Shown here piece after piece: positions 9,328 to 18,443 of a stretch of DNA of 54,514 nucleotides. The position numbers and the translations under genes were made by a program. Numbering within the stretch: position 1 is the stretch's first letter; each line of letters opens with the position of its first letter. Below the pieces are notes generated by a model. The model did not search any database and was not told where the DNA came from. It worked only from the letters and a program-made list of their open reading frames with translations. Source of the DNA: an uncultured Bacilli bacterium (GTDB taxonomy: Bacteria; Bacillota_I; Bacilli_A; RF39; UBA660); NCBI GenBank assembly GCA_944331805.1, contig CALVIS010000002.1:1-54514 (forward strand), in the 5' to 3' direction.

Positions 9328-10533
9328 TTAACTTTTCAAAGTATCATTCTTATCTTTAATACTTTCTCTATCATTAGCATTCTTTATCAAAGAAAGATAA
9401 AACTCTTCCATATTAGTATCTTTATTCTGAAAAATCATCTCATCTACAAGTTCATTTTTACTCTTATAGACAATACATCCATCTTCTTCTTTAAATTCAT
9501 AATGTAACTGTGGATACTTATGAAACAAAGTTATTTTATCTTTTATAAAGTCAGCGAATAAATCATTAATATTAACAAGTTCTCCCTCAATTTCTCTTAA
9601 AGGATTATCTAATCTTGTTAAATCATTATTAATAACACCCGAAAGTTTTAATGCAGATTCTTCTCTTATTTCAAAGCCTAAACTTCTTAAATAATTAGTC
9701 CCAGCATAATAAGAAAAAACATTTGCCTCACACTCATGAAGATTCTTAATATAGTTTTTATCATTAAAATAGATATCCTGATTATATTCTCTAAGTAACA
9801 TCTCTTTTAAAGCTAAAACATCATAAATACTACTAACCATCCCTTTACTCTCTAAATATGTTCTATATGTATGCATCATCTCATGAGGTAAAACATAAAA
9901 TATTGAAATATCTCCTTTATCATAAAAATTATCCATTACTTCTCTATCTAGATAAACATAATAATAAAAAGCAGAACCCTCAACTTTATCGCCTAAATCA
10001 CGCACATAAAATCTACTGTCTTTACTTATCTTTCTAGTATCAGAAAGAACTAAATGATTAATTACTTTTTCTATTAATTCTTTACTAAGATTATTTTTTC
10101 TTAAAATTACATTTCTAAGTATTACATCTCTTAATACATTATCTACATCTAGAAAAATATCACTACTAAAAATACACTCTAAAAGCTTAACATCTAAATC
10201 ATTATACTCTACTTTAGTTTCTAATTCCTTAATAATATTTTTAGTGTCTTTAGTTAAATCAAACTGTTTTAAAGCATGATTAAAGATATCACTACTATTA
10301 ATAAGTTTATATAAGTACAAAGTAATCTCTTTATCTATATTATCTTTGTTTAAATTAGGAATAAGAGAAGAAATACTCTCATAACTTTTCTTTAAAGTTT
10401 CGTTAAAACTACCACAGTATTCACAAGTAAATGTTTGAAAGCTATAAGTACCACCACAACTTGAACAATTAATATTTTTACAAAAGATATTTATACTATT
10501 AATTATTCTCTCTTTGTAATTCTGATTTAACAT
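9328..10533 (-). CDS. Hypothetical protein with N-terminal zinc ribbon and HExxH metalloprotease-like motif
   Basis: CSSCGG...CEYCG near the N-terminus. HEMMH at 9871-9885, verified on DNA (cat gag atg atg cat). SD AAGGAG. Confidence 0.6.
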   Translation of the reverse strand: MLNQNYKERIINSINIFCKNINCSSCGGTYSFQTFTCEYCGSFNETLKKSYESISSLIPNLNKDNIDKEITLYLYKLINSSDIFNHALKQFDLTKDTKNIIKELETKVEYNDLDVKLLECIFSSDIFLDVDNVLRDVILRNVILRKNNLSKELIEKVINHLVLSDTRKISKDSRFYVRDLGDKVEGSAFYYYVYLDREVMDNFYDKGDISIFYVLPHEMMHTYRTYLESKGMVSSIYDVLALKEMLLREYNQDIYFNDKNYIKNLHECEANVFSYYAGTNYLRSLGFEIREESALKLSGVINNDLTRLDNPLREIEGELVNINDLFADFIKDKITLFHKYPQLHYEFKEEDGCIVYKSKNELVDEMIFQNKDTNMEEFYLSLIKNANDRESIKDKNDTLKS

Positions 10534-10654
10534 CTAATAACTCCTTATATTTTTTTATTTGATATAAAATTAATAATTTCTTCTCTTCATCTTTTTCTTT
10601 AACATATAATTGTTCTAATACTTTAATCTTATCTTCTACACTTATATTATTCAT
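10499..10654 (-). CDS. Possible small coiled-coil ORF (51 aa) translationally coupled to fhs
   Basis: Below the ORF-track cutoff. The ATG overlaps the fhs stop (TAATG). Reads MNNISVEDKIKVLEQLYVKEKDEEKKLLILYQIKKYKELLDVKSELQRENN. Overlaps the next gene start by 35 nt. No independent support. Confidence 0.3.
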   Translation of the reverse strand: MNNISVEDKIKVLEQLYVKEKDEEKKLLILYQIKKYKELLDVKSELQRENN

Positions 10655-12249
10655 TAAAATAACCCCTTTATCTCTCCATCTACTAAATCTATATTTTCAT
10701 AATTAGGCTTCTTAGGTAGTCCTGGCATTGTATAAATTTTACCAGAAAGTATGGTAATAAAACCTGCTCCTCTATTTATAATTAAATCTCTTACATGAAG
10801 TATATTATCTTTAGGATATCCTAACAGTTTAGGATCATCACTTATCGAATATTGTGTTTTCGCAACACAAATTGGAAGATGAGATAAGCCTAATTTATCT
10901 ATAAGTTTTAACTTTTCTTCTGCTACCTCACTATATTCTACACAATTAGAGTTATAAACAAGCTTATTAAGTTTATTTATTTTATCTTTAATACTATCAC
11001 TTTTATCAACTAAAGGTTTAAAGTTATTTTCCACATCACACGACTTAATAACTGCTTTAGCAAGATCAATCGCACCGTCTCCGCCATCACTATAAGCATC
11101 ACTTACTTCACAAATATAACCACGCTTTTTAACATAGTCTTTTATATAGTTAATATCTTCATTACTATCATCATTAAATTTATTAAGACAAACAACTATA
11201 GGTACATTATAATTCTTTAAATGATTAAGATGAGCATCTATATTACATATACCAGACTCTAATGAATCATTACCATTATACTTTAAAGCTCGAACTGTCA
11301 CCACTAAAACAATAGTAGAAGGAGTAATACCAGCGGTAGGACAAACTATATCAAAAAACTTCTCAGCTCCTAAATCACTACCAAAACCTGCTTCTGTAAT
11401 GACGTAATCAGAAAGACTCCTAGCAAGTTTAATAGAAGTAATACTACTACAACCATGGGCAATATTAGCGAAAGGTCCCCCATGAATAATAGCAGGTGTT
11501 CCTTCTAAAGTCTGTACTAAATTAGGTTTAAATGAATCTTTAAGTAAAACAGTAAGTGCACCTTCTAATTTTAAATCATGAACGTAAACAGGTTCATCCT
11601 GACTATTAAAACCTACTATTATCTTAGATAATCTATTTTTTAAATCATCTATATCAGTAGCAAGACAAAATAAAGCCATAACTTCACTCGCTGCTGTTAT
11701 ATTAAAGTGATCTAAATATTCACCACTTTTTAATTCTAACTTAACATCTCTTAGGCTCCTATCATTAACATCTAAACAACGATTAAAAGTTACTTTCTTT
11801 ATATCTAAACTATTACCTTGTTCAATATGATTATAAATCGCTGCACTAATCAAATTATTAGCAGAAGTTATCGCATGAAAGTCTCCTGTAAAATGCAAAT
11901 TAATATCTTCCATTGGTACAACTTGACTATAACCTCCTCCAGCCGCCCCTCCTTTAATACCAAAAACAGGACCTAAGGAAGGCTCTCTTAAAGCAAGACA
12001 AATAGACTTATTAAGCTTATTAAAAGCATCTGCAAGACCAATACTAGCAGTAGTCTTACCTTCTCCATAAGGAGTAGGATTAATTGCCGTTACCAAGATA
12101 ACTTTGCCACTTGTTTCTCCCTTATCTTTAACTATCTTAGCTTTATTCTTCCCATACATCTCTATATCATCTAAAGAAAGATTAAGCTTACTAGCAATTG
12201 TCTTAATATCTTCTAATTTAGTATTATGAGCAATCTCTAAATCAGTCAT
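10654..12249 (-). CDS. fhs: Formate--tetrahydrofolate ligase
   Basis: PTPYGEGKTT P-loop and full-length similarity to FTHFS. I prefer ATG 12249 (SD GAGAGGTGA) to the TTG track start at 12264. Confidence 0.92.
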   Translation of the reverse strand: MTDLEIAHNTKLEDIKTIASKLNLSLDDIEMYGKNKAKIVKDKGETSGKVILVTAINPTPYGEGKTTASIGLADAFNKLNKSICLALREPSLGPVFGIKGGAAGGGYSQVVPMEDINLHFTGDFHAITSANNLISAAIYNHIEQGNSLDIKKVTFNRCLDVNDRSLRDVKLELKSGEYLDHFNITAASEVMALFCLATDIDDLKNRLSKIIVGFNSQDEPVYVHDLKLEGALTVLLKDSFKPNLVQTLEGTPAIIHGGPFANIAHGCSSITSIKLARSLSDYVITEAGFGSDLGAEKFFDIVCPTAGITPSTIVLVVTVRALKYNGNDSLESGICNIDAHLNHLKNYNVPIVVCLNKFNDDSNEDINYIKDYVKKRGYICEVSDAYSDGGDGAIDLAKAVIKSCDVENNFKPLVDKSDSIKDKINKLNKLVYNSNCVEYSEVAEEKLKLIDKLGLSHLPICVAKTQYSISDDPKLLGYPKDNILHVRDLIINRGAGFITILSGKIYTMPGLPKKPNYENIDLVDGEIKGLF

Positions 12250-12291
12250 TATATCACCTCTCAAACTATCTCTATTATATGCTAATAAATA

Positions 12292-12316
12292 GAAAAAAAC
12301 TAGTCTTAAAAGACTA
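12292..12316 (-). terminator. Intrinsic terminator after 12314-13294
   Basis: tagtct-taaa-agacta hairpin followed by a T7 run on the minus strand. Confidence 0.5.
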
Positions 12317-13294
12317 ATTATTTTTATTAATAGAATACCTTTTTACCTTAACATCTTCTAACCCATTTCTAAAATCATATTTTTGTGATTTCAAATTATC
12401 TAAATATTGCTTAACTTCGTCTATATCCTGATTAAGTATATTATTAAACTCTTTTTCCTTATACTCATTTATACAATCAATCTTTTCTAACACTTTAGAC
12501 AAGGTATAACTAACATATGCCCTTTCTAAGTCTATGCATTTATCCTTATTAAAAGTATCATCATCTAAAATAAAACCATTATCTTCATTTCCTATAGTAC
12601 CTTTATTATATCTTAAAGGATAATCAAACAGCCAAACAGAATCTTTAATAACAGGAGTTAGAGCAATATCAAAACTAGCATCTTTGCTTTCAAAACTACA
12701 ATTATTTATTTTAAATAGAGAAACACCATTAAGTGATACTGTTTTTATATTACCATTAGAATCATTAAAATTAACTTTATCCCCCATATAGTTCAGTCTT
12801 CTTATATTAACATTTTTACTATACACCTCTAAGGAATCACTACTAATAACAACATCTCTCAAATTACATTTATCACCAGATATTTCTATCTTTTTAGCAT
12901 CTCTTACTTCCAAGTCACAAAAACCATGACCATAACGAAGATACTGAGAGTCTTCAATAACAACATGAGCACTCTCTTTTCCAAGCTTATCACAAAGATT
13001 AAGTACTATATCAACACCTTCATTACCATATATACTAAAACTTTCAATATTATCATCACTACTAGACACTATTACCTTAGAACAATTATTAACATCTAAA
13101 GCACCAGATAAGTAAAAATCTTTAAACCAAATATGAGAAACATTATCTCGTAATCTACCACTCTTAGAATATATTTTACGAATATTAAAAAGATAGTTTA
13201 ATAAATTAATAGAATATTCCCTATCATCACCATCTAATTTATATATAATTCTCTCTTTTTTTAAATCTTTAATTAGTTTGTTTATACTTTGCAT
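12314..13294 (-). CDS. Hypothetical protein
   Basis: 326-aa ORF with SD AAGGAG. No recognisable motif; the repetitive N/S/D-rich middle may be a beta-solenoid. Confidence 0.55.
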   Translation of the reverse strand: MQSINKLIKDLKKERIIYKLDGDDREYSINLLNYLFNIRKIYSKSGRLRDNVSHIWFKDFYLSGALDVNNCSKVIVSSSDDNIESFSIYGNEGVDIVLNLCDKLGKESAHVVIEDSQYLRYGHGFCDLEVRDAKKIEISGDKCNLRDVVISSDSLEVYSKNVNIRRLNYMGDKVNFNDSNGNIKTVSLNGVSLFKINNCSFESKDASFDIALTPVIKDSVWLFDYPLRYNKGTIGNEDNGFILDDDTFNKDKCIDLERAYVSYTLSKVLEKIDCINEYKEKEFNNILNQDIDEVKQYLDNLKSQKYDFRNGLEDVKVKRYSINKNN

Positions 13295-13333
13295 ATTGCA
13301 TCTCCTTTTCTCTATATTATAAGGAAAAAAATT

Positions 13334-13999
13334 CTATAACTCAAGTTCTTTTCTAACTATATTATAAACCTCTCTACTTATATCATCAATACTACGTAAC
13401 ACCCCATCTTTACTACACTCTATTATTTTAAAGTTATACTTATCTGCCACATATAAACTATTATCATAGACTTTATCTAAAAAGGCATTATCTTTCTCAT
13501 TAATATCTCCTTCTACTCCTTCAGTATCTCTATTTTTTCTAAGAGTACTAGCAAAGTTCTTATCTAGTTTTAAAAAGATAACTAAATCAGGTTTCTTAAG
13601 ACCGAGTCTATTATATTCATAGTCTGTTATATAGTTTAAGAACTCATCTCTTTTTTCTCGTTCAAATAGCGACCCTTGATAGATTAAATTAGATGTTGTA
13701 TATCTATCTAACAAGACTATCTTACCACTATTTAAAGCATCTTTTAATTCCATATGATAAGCATAAAATCTATCTAATGCATAAAAACTACTAATTGCAT
13801 AAGGACCAATACCTTCTCTTTTACCTAAATTACCTTTTAAGTATTCTTCTACTAAACTAGCTCCCACACTTCCATAACTAGGAAAATGATGATAGACTAC
13901 CTCCTTACCTGAATCAACTAATTTTTTATATAACTCTTTAACTTGAGTAGTCTTTCCAACACCATCACTAACACCTTCAATCACAATTAATTTACCCAT
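13334..13999 (-). CDS. tmk: Thymidylate (dTMP) kinase family protein
   Basis: IVIEGVSDGVGKTTQ P-loop; LLDRYTTSNLIYQG matches the DRYxxSxxAYQ motif. Confidence 0.75.
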   Translation of the reverse strand: MGKLIVIEGVSDGVGKTTQVKELYKKLVDSGKEVVYHHFPSYGSVGASLVEEYLKGNLGKREGIGPYAISSFYALDRFYAYHMELKDALNSGKIVLLDRYTTSNLIYQGSLFEREKRDEFLNYITDYEYNRLGLKKPDLVIFLKLDKNFASTLRKNRDTEGVEGDINEKDNAFLDKVYDNSLYVADKYNFKIIECSKDGVLRSIDDISREVYNIVRKELEL

Positions 14000-14046
14000 A
14001 TCTTAACCTCCAATTCTATTATAAATGAAAAAAAATAAAATTTATA

Positions 14047-14148
14047 TGAATTTTGTAAATTCAAGCGATTTTTAACTCGAATTTTGAAAATTCACTAAGG
14101 GAATTTTCAAAATTGACCCCCAAAATTACCCCAAATTTACAAAATTCA
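14047..14148. promoter_or_regulatory. Four copies of a 15-bp palindromic AT-rich motif (GAATTTTSWAAATTC-like) upstream of the adhesin-sortase operon
   Basis: Copies are gaattttgtaaattc 14048-14062, gaattttgaaaattc 14079-14093, gaattttcaaaattg 14101-14115 and aaatttacaaaattc 14133-14147. Copies 1 and 4 are a 15-nt perfect inverted repeat (14047-14061 / 14134-14148). Start-to-start spacings are 31, 22 and 32 bp. Confidence 0.6.
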
Positions 14149-14152
14149 CTAT

Positions 14153-14181
14153 TTGCATCTTTTTTTAGTCCATGCTAGAGT
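14153..14181 (+). promoter_or_regulatory. Candidate sigma-A promoter of the adhesin-sortase operon
   Basis: TTGCAT-17 nt-TAGAGT, 30 nt upstream of ATG 14212. Confidence 0.4.
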
Positions 14182-14211
14182 AAGCCTCGTTAAGAAAAAA
14201 GGAGGAAATTT

Positions 14212-15705
14212 ATGAAAAAAATATTATTATTCTTAACTCTAAGTTTTATTTATTTAATAAGTTCAACAACTATTGTAAATGCAAGTACTGATTCATTCTA
14301 TGAAGCAGAATATATTGATAATATTTATATGGTACGCTACGATAAAAGCACAGGTACAAAATATTATCAAAAAGCAAGAGTATATCGAAGAACAAGTGAT
14401 GGAAAACTTGCTTACTGTTTACAACCTTTCACTAAATTTAATCCTAGTAATAATTCTTATGAAACTGTATCATCTCTACCAGACATTAATAATGAAACAT
14501 TAGAAAGATTAAGAGATATTATAGGATTTGGTTATGGATATAGTGGACATTCAAACGATTTTAAATGGTATGCTGTTACCCAATTAATGATTTGGCAAAC
14601 AGTTGAACCTAATAATGAGTTTTATTTCACTGATACCTTAAATGGTAATAAAATAACAGCTTATGATGACGAAATTAATATTATTAATAGTGCTATAAAT
14701 AATAGTTATAGCATGCCAAGTTTCAATAACCAAACATTTTATGGAATAGTAGGAAAGCCTTTGACTTTTGAAGATACTAATGATATTGTAAAATTTTTTG
14801 CAAGACCAAATAATGATGTTGATATAAATAACAACCTAGTTACAGTTACTAAAAAGTCAAAAGGATGTTATGAAGAAACATTTACAAGATATTATAATTA
14901 TAGTAGTTCTATACTATTTTACTATAATCCAAATAGTCAACATCTAGCAACTATAGGAAATCCTAATAATAGAGAAGCTAAAGTAAGATATTGTTTTAAT
15001 GAATTAAAATTAAATATTAAAAAGGTTGATAAAGATACAGGAACAACAGAAAGTAAAGGAGAAGCTTCTCTAAAAGATACAGTATTTACTCTTTATAATG
15101 AAAATATGGAAAAAATTACTGACATATCTTTAGATGAAAATATGGAAACAACTTTATCAAGTAATGATTTTGATTTAGATTATGGTACTTATTATCTAAA
15201 AGAAACTAAAACAGGAACAGGTTATCTACCTAATGATGAAGTATATGAAATAAAATTTACAGGTGATAATCCTACTATAGAATTAACTATTGAAAATAAA
15301 GTTATAGAAAAAGAAGTAGTTATCAAAAAACTATATGGTGATGGTAAGCTTATGCAAACAGAGTCTAATATTACTTTTGAAATCTATGATAAAGATAACA
15401 ATCTAGTTAGAAGCATTACTACAGATCAAAATGGTCTTGCTAAAATTACTCTACCTTATGGTCATTATAAAATAGTACAAACTAATACTACAGAAGGATA
15501 CACCAAGATTAAACCTTTTGAAATTTTTATAAATGATATAGAGAAAGATTATTATTACACAATAAATGACTATAAAGAAAAGGAAGAAATACCAAAAGAA
15601 ACAATATCAATAGAAGTACCAAACACAAGTACTGAAGATAACAACTACCACTTATTAAGTTTAATATTACCTACATACTTAATTGTTAAGAAAAAGTTTA
15701 GTTAG
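14212..15705 (+). CDS. Cell-surface thioester-domain (TQXA-type) adhesin with CnaB/SpaA-like stalk domains and C-terminal sorting signal
   Basis: Signal peptide. AYC(69)LQP (tgt 14416-14418) plus AVTQ(124)LMIWQ (caa 14581-14583) match the Cys-Gln thioester pair pattern. KVDKDTGT...FTLYNE...YYLKETKTGTGY is the CnaB/prealbumin-like pattern. The C-terminus is VPNTS (15616-15630) + LLSLILPTYLIV + KKKFS. Confidence 0.75.
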   Translation: MKKILLFLTLSFIYLISSTTIVNASTDSFYEAEYIDNIYMVRYDKSTGTKYYQKARVYRRTSDGKLAYCLQPFTKFNPSNNSYETVSSLPDINNETLERLRDIIGFGYGYSGHSNDFKWYAVTQLMIWQTVEPNNEFYFTDTLNGNKITAYDDEINIINSAINNSYSMPSFNNQTFYGIVGKPLTFEDTNDIVKFFARPNNDVDINNNLVTVTKKSKGCYEETFTRYYNYSSSILFYYNPNSQHLATIGNPNNREAKVRYCFNELKLNIKKVDKDTGTTESKGEASLKDTVFTLYNENMEKITDISLDENMETTLSSNDFDLDYGTYYLKETKTGTGYLPNDEVYEIKFTGDNPTIELTIENKVIEKEVVIKKLYGDGKLMQTESNITFEIYDKDNNLVRSITTDQNGLAKITLPYGHYKIVQTNTTEGYTKIKPFEIFINDIEKDYYYTINDYKEKEEIPKETISIEVPNTSTEDNNYHLLSLILPTYLIVKKKFS

Positions 15706-16225
15706 TATCTTACTACTAACAATATATTTAGGTAGTTGTCTATTAATATATGATAATGAGAAAGATATTAAAAGTATTAGTACTACAAATCTAGAAAGGA
15801 ATACTAACACTAGTTATATTAGTACAGTAAGTAAAGAAGAAAATAATGAAATAATTGGTACTTTAACAATAGATAAATTAAATTTATCTAAGGATATTTA
15901 TGATATTAACAGTTCTCATAATAATGTTGATGAGAATGTTACTATTTTAAACGATGATATAAATCTAATAGTCTTAGCAGCCCATTCTGGGCCAGGATAC
16001 ATTGCTTTCTTCGATGATTTAGATAAACTAGAATTAAATGATATTGTTAATTTAACCTATAACAACAAGAATCTAGTCTACAAAGTAATTAACATAGAAG
16101 AACAAGTTAAAGATGGAACTATAGAAATAAATAAAACTAACAAACAAAGATTAATACTAACTACTTGTAGTAAGAAAGATAAAGGAAAGCAGTTAGTAGT
16201 AATAACAGAAAAAATAGATGCCTAA
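15683..16225 (+). CDS. Sortase (dedicated transpeptidase)
   Basis: N-terminal TM; LAAHSG (catalytic His region) and ILTTCS (TLxTC Cys motif). There is no in-frame ATG near the 5' end, so the apparent start is TTG at 15683, inside the last 23 nt of the adhesin gene. Confidence 0.8.
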   Translation: MLRKSLVSILLLTIYLGSCLLIYDNEKDIKSISTTNLERNTNTSYISTVSKEENNEIIGTLTIDKLNLSKDIYDINSSHNNVDENVTILNDDINLIVLAAHSGPGYIAFFDDLDKLELNDIVNLTYNNKNLVYKVINIEEQVKDGTIEINKTNKQRLILTTCSKKDKGKQLVVITEKIDA

Positions 16226-16229
16226 GCAC

Positions 16230-18329
16230 CTATTTTTCTATTATTAAATGATTATCTTTAACATCAAAAGTAACAGTCTCCCCATATTTAATAGTACCTT
16301 TAACAAGTTCATGAGCAAGTAAGCTCTCAATAGTCTTACTAACTTCACGTTTTAAAGGTCTAGCACCATAATTAACATCATAACCAGCATCAACTAAATA
16401 GTCTTTTGCCTTATCAGTTAATTTAATATGAATATCATTCATAGATAGACGTTTCTCTATATCAGAGATAATCTTATCAAGTATTTGATAGATAACATCT
16501 TTAGTAAGAGGCTTAAAGACTATAATCTCATCTACACGGTTAATAAATTCAGGTCTAAAGTGACTTCTTACTTCATCCATTACTTTACTAGTATCACCAT
16601 CTAATATGTATTCACTACCGAGGTTAGATGTCATAATGATAATAGTATTTTTAAAGTCAACAGTTCTACCATTAGAATCAGTTATTCTACCATCATCTAG
16701 TATTTGTAGTAAAAGGTTTAAAACCTCTGGATGAGCTTTCTCTATCTCATCAAATAAAACTATACTATATGGATTACGTCTAACTGCCTCAGTAAGTTGT
16801 CCCCCTTCTTCATAACCAACATAACCTGGAGGAGAACCAATTAAACGACTAACACTAAACTTCTCCATATATTCACTCATATCAATACGAACCATATGTC
16901 TTTCATCATCAAAAAGTTCATAAGCAAGAGTACGTGCTACTTCTGTTTTACCAACACCAGTAGGTCCTAAGAAGATGAATGAACCAATAGGTCTATTAGG
17001 GTCTTTAATACCACTACGAGATTTAATTATCGCTTCACTTACTAAATGTAAGGCTTCATCTTGACCCATTACTCTTTTCTTCATACTATTCTCAAGATTA
17101 AGAAGTTTCTCTTTCTCGCTACTAACTAACTTACTTAAAGGAATATTAGTCATCTTAGAAATAACACTAGCGATATCTTCTTCAGTAACATTATCACTAA
17201 GTAATTTCATTTCATCTTTATTTTTTAACTCTTCAAGTTCTTTCTCTAACTTAGGAATAGTACCATGTTGAAGTTTAGCAGCTTTCTCTAAGTCATACTT
17301 ATTTTCAGCTTGTTCTAACTCAAAGCGAGCCTTCTCAATTTCTCTTTTCTTATCATTAATCTTATCATTAAGACTTTTCTCTTCTTCCCAAGCCTCTTTA
17401 TATTCCTTCTCTTTAGCTTTTAATTCACCAAGTTCTTTATCTATTTCATCTTTACGTTTCATAGATAACTGATCTTTCTCTTTCTTAATCGCTTGTCTTT
17501 CAATCTCAAGTCTCATAATCTTACGAGTTAAAGAATCAAGTGCATTAGGAACAGAGTCCATTTGTACACGAATAGTAGCACATGCTTCATCTACTAAATC
17601 TATCGCTTTATCTGGTAAATATCTATCAGTAATATAACGATTAGATAGAGTTGCAGCGGCAACTAGTGCTTTATCATGAATAGTAACTCCATGATGTATT
17701 TCAAACTTTTCTTTAAGGCCACGAAGTATTGTTATAGTATCTTCTACGCTAGGTTCTTTAACAATAATCTTTTGAAAACGACGTTCCAAAGCCCCATCTT
17801 TCTCAATATACTTACGATATTCATTTAAAGTAGTAGCACCAATAACATGAATCTCTCCACGAGCAAGCATTGGTTTTAAGATATTAGAAGTATCCATCGC
17901 TCCTTCAGTATTACCAGTACCTACTATCATATGAATCTCATCGATAAACATAATAATAGAGCCTTCACTCTTCTTAATTTCATTTAAGACTTTCTTAAGT
18001 CTCTCTTCAAACTCACCACGGTATTTAGCACCTGCAACTAAACTTGCCATATCAAGTTCCCAAATAGTTTTATTTTTAAGACTAGCAGGAACATCTCCAC
18101 GTTCTATACGAAGAGCAAGTCCTTCAACAATAGCAGTTTTACCAACACCAGGTTCACCAATTAAAACAGGGTTATTCTTAGTACGACGAGATAAAACACG
18201 AGTAATACTACGAATCTCTTCATCACGACCAATAACAGGGTCAATCTTACCTGCTTTAACCGCTTCATTTATATTACGACCATATTTTTCTAATACATTC
18301 TCATTTTCTTCATTTGGATTTTGATACAT
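16230..18329 (-). CDS. clpB: ClpB-type AAA+ disaggregase lacking the N-terminal Clp_N domain
   Basis: Two Walker A motifs ([18 protein letters not shown]), a long coiled-coil M-domain between the NBDs, and [10 protein letters not shown] near residue 30. Only 699 aa. Confidence 0.9.
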   Translation of the reverse strand: MYQNPNEENENVLEKYGRNINEAVKAGKIDPVIGRDEEIRSITRVLSRRTKNNPVLIGEPGVGKTAIVEGLALRIERGDVPASLKNKTIWELDMASLVAGAKYRGEFEERLKKVLNEIKKSEGSIIMFIDEIHMIVGTGNTEGAMDTSNILKPMLARGEIHVIGATTLNEYRKYIEKDGALERRFQKIIVKEPSVEDTITILRGLKEKFEIHHGVTIHDKALVAAATLSNRYITDRYLPDKAIDLVDEACATIRVQMDSVPNALDSLTRKIMRLEIERQAIKKEKDQLSMKRKDEIDKELGELKAKEKEYKEAWEEEKSLNDKINDKKREIEKARFELEQAENKYDLEKAAKLQHGTIPKLEKELEELKNKDEMKLLSDNVTEEDIASVISKMTNIPLSKLVSSEKEKLLNLENSMKKRVMGQDEALHLVSEAIIKSRSGIKDPNRPIGSFIFLGPTGVGKTEVARTLAYELFDDERHMVRIDMSEYMEKFSVSRLIGSPPGYVGYEEGGQLTEAVRRNPYSIVLFDEIEKAHPEVLNLLLQILDDGRITDSNGRTVDFKNTIIIMTSNLGSEYILDGDTSKVMDEVRSHFRPEFINRVDEIIVFKPLTKDVIYQILDKIISDIEKRLSMNDIHIKLTDKAKDYLVDAGYDVNYGARPLKREVSKTIESLLAHELVKGTIKYGETVTFDVKDNHLIIEK

Positions 18330-18359
18330 AATAAAACATCTCCTTTCTTACACACACAT

Positions 18360-18388
18360 ATTATATAACAAAAATTAGCACTTGTCAA
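18360..18388 (-). promoter_or_regulatory. Sigma-A promoter of clpB
   Basis: On the minus strand, TTGACA (18388-18383)-17 nt-TATAAT (18365-18360). The -35 lies inside the CIRCE spacer. Confidence 0.7.
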
Positions 18389-18401
18389 GTTAGAGTGCTA
18401 A
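18375..18401. promoter_or_regulatory. CIRCE element (HrcA operator)
   Basis: TTAGCACTT-GTCAAGTTA-GAGTGCTAA versus the consensus TTAGCACTC-N9-GAGTGCTAA (one mismatch). Confidence 0.9.
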
Positions 18402-18443
18402 CATATTTTAAAAATAAAAATCCAATAGTTAACTAGTGAATTT

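Noticed and set aside
14079-14115. CodY boxes
   Set aside because: The half-sites (AATTTT/AAAATT) match, but the symmetry is 13 nt rather than the 15-nt AATTTTCWGAAAATT. That leaves 4-6 mismatches when aligned, which cannot be distinguished from generic AT palindromes without a genome-wide scan.
14279-14503. 74-aa same-strand alternative-frame ORF inside the adhesin gene
   Set aside because: It is internal to a long, motif-supported frame.
16223-16232. Convergent sortase and clpB genes separated by only 4 nt with no terminator
   Set aside because: It is real in the sequence but not interpretable further without transcript data. It is probably ordinary convergent overlap.
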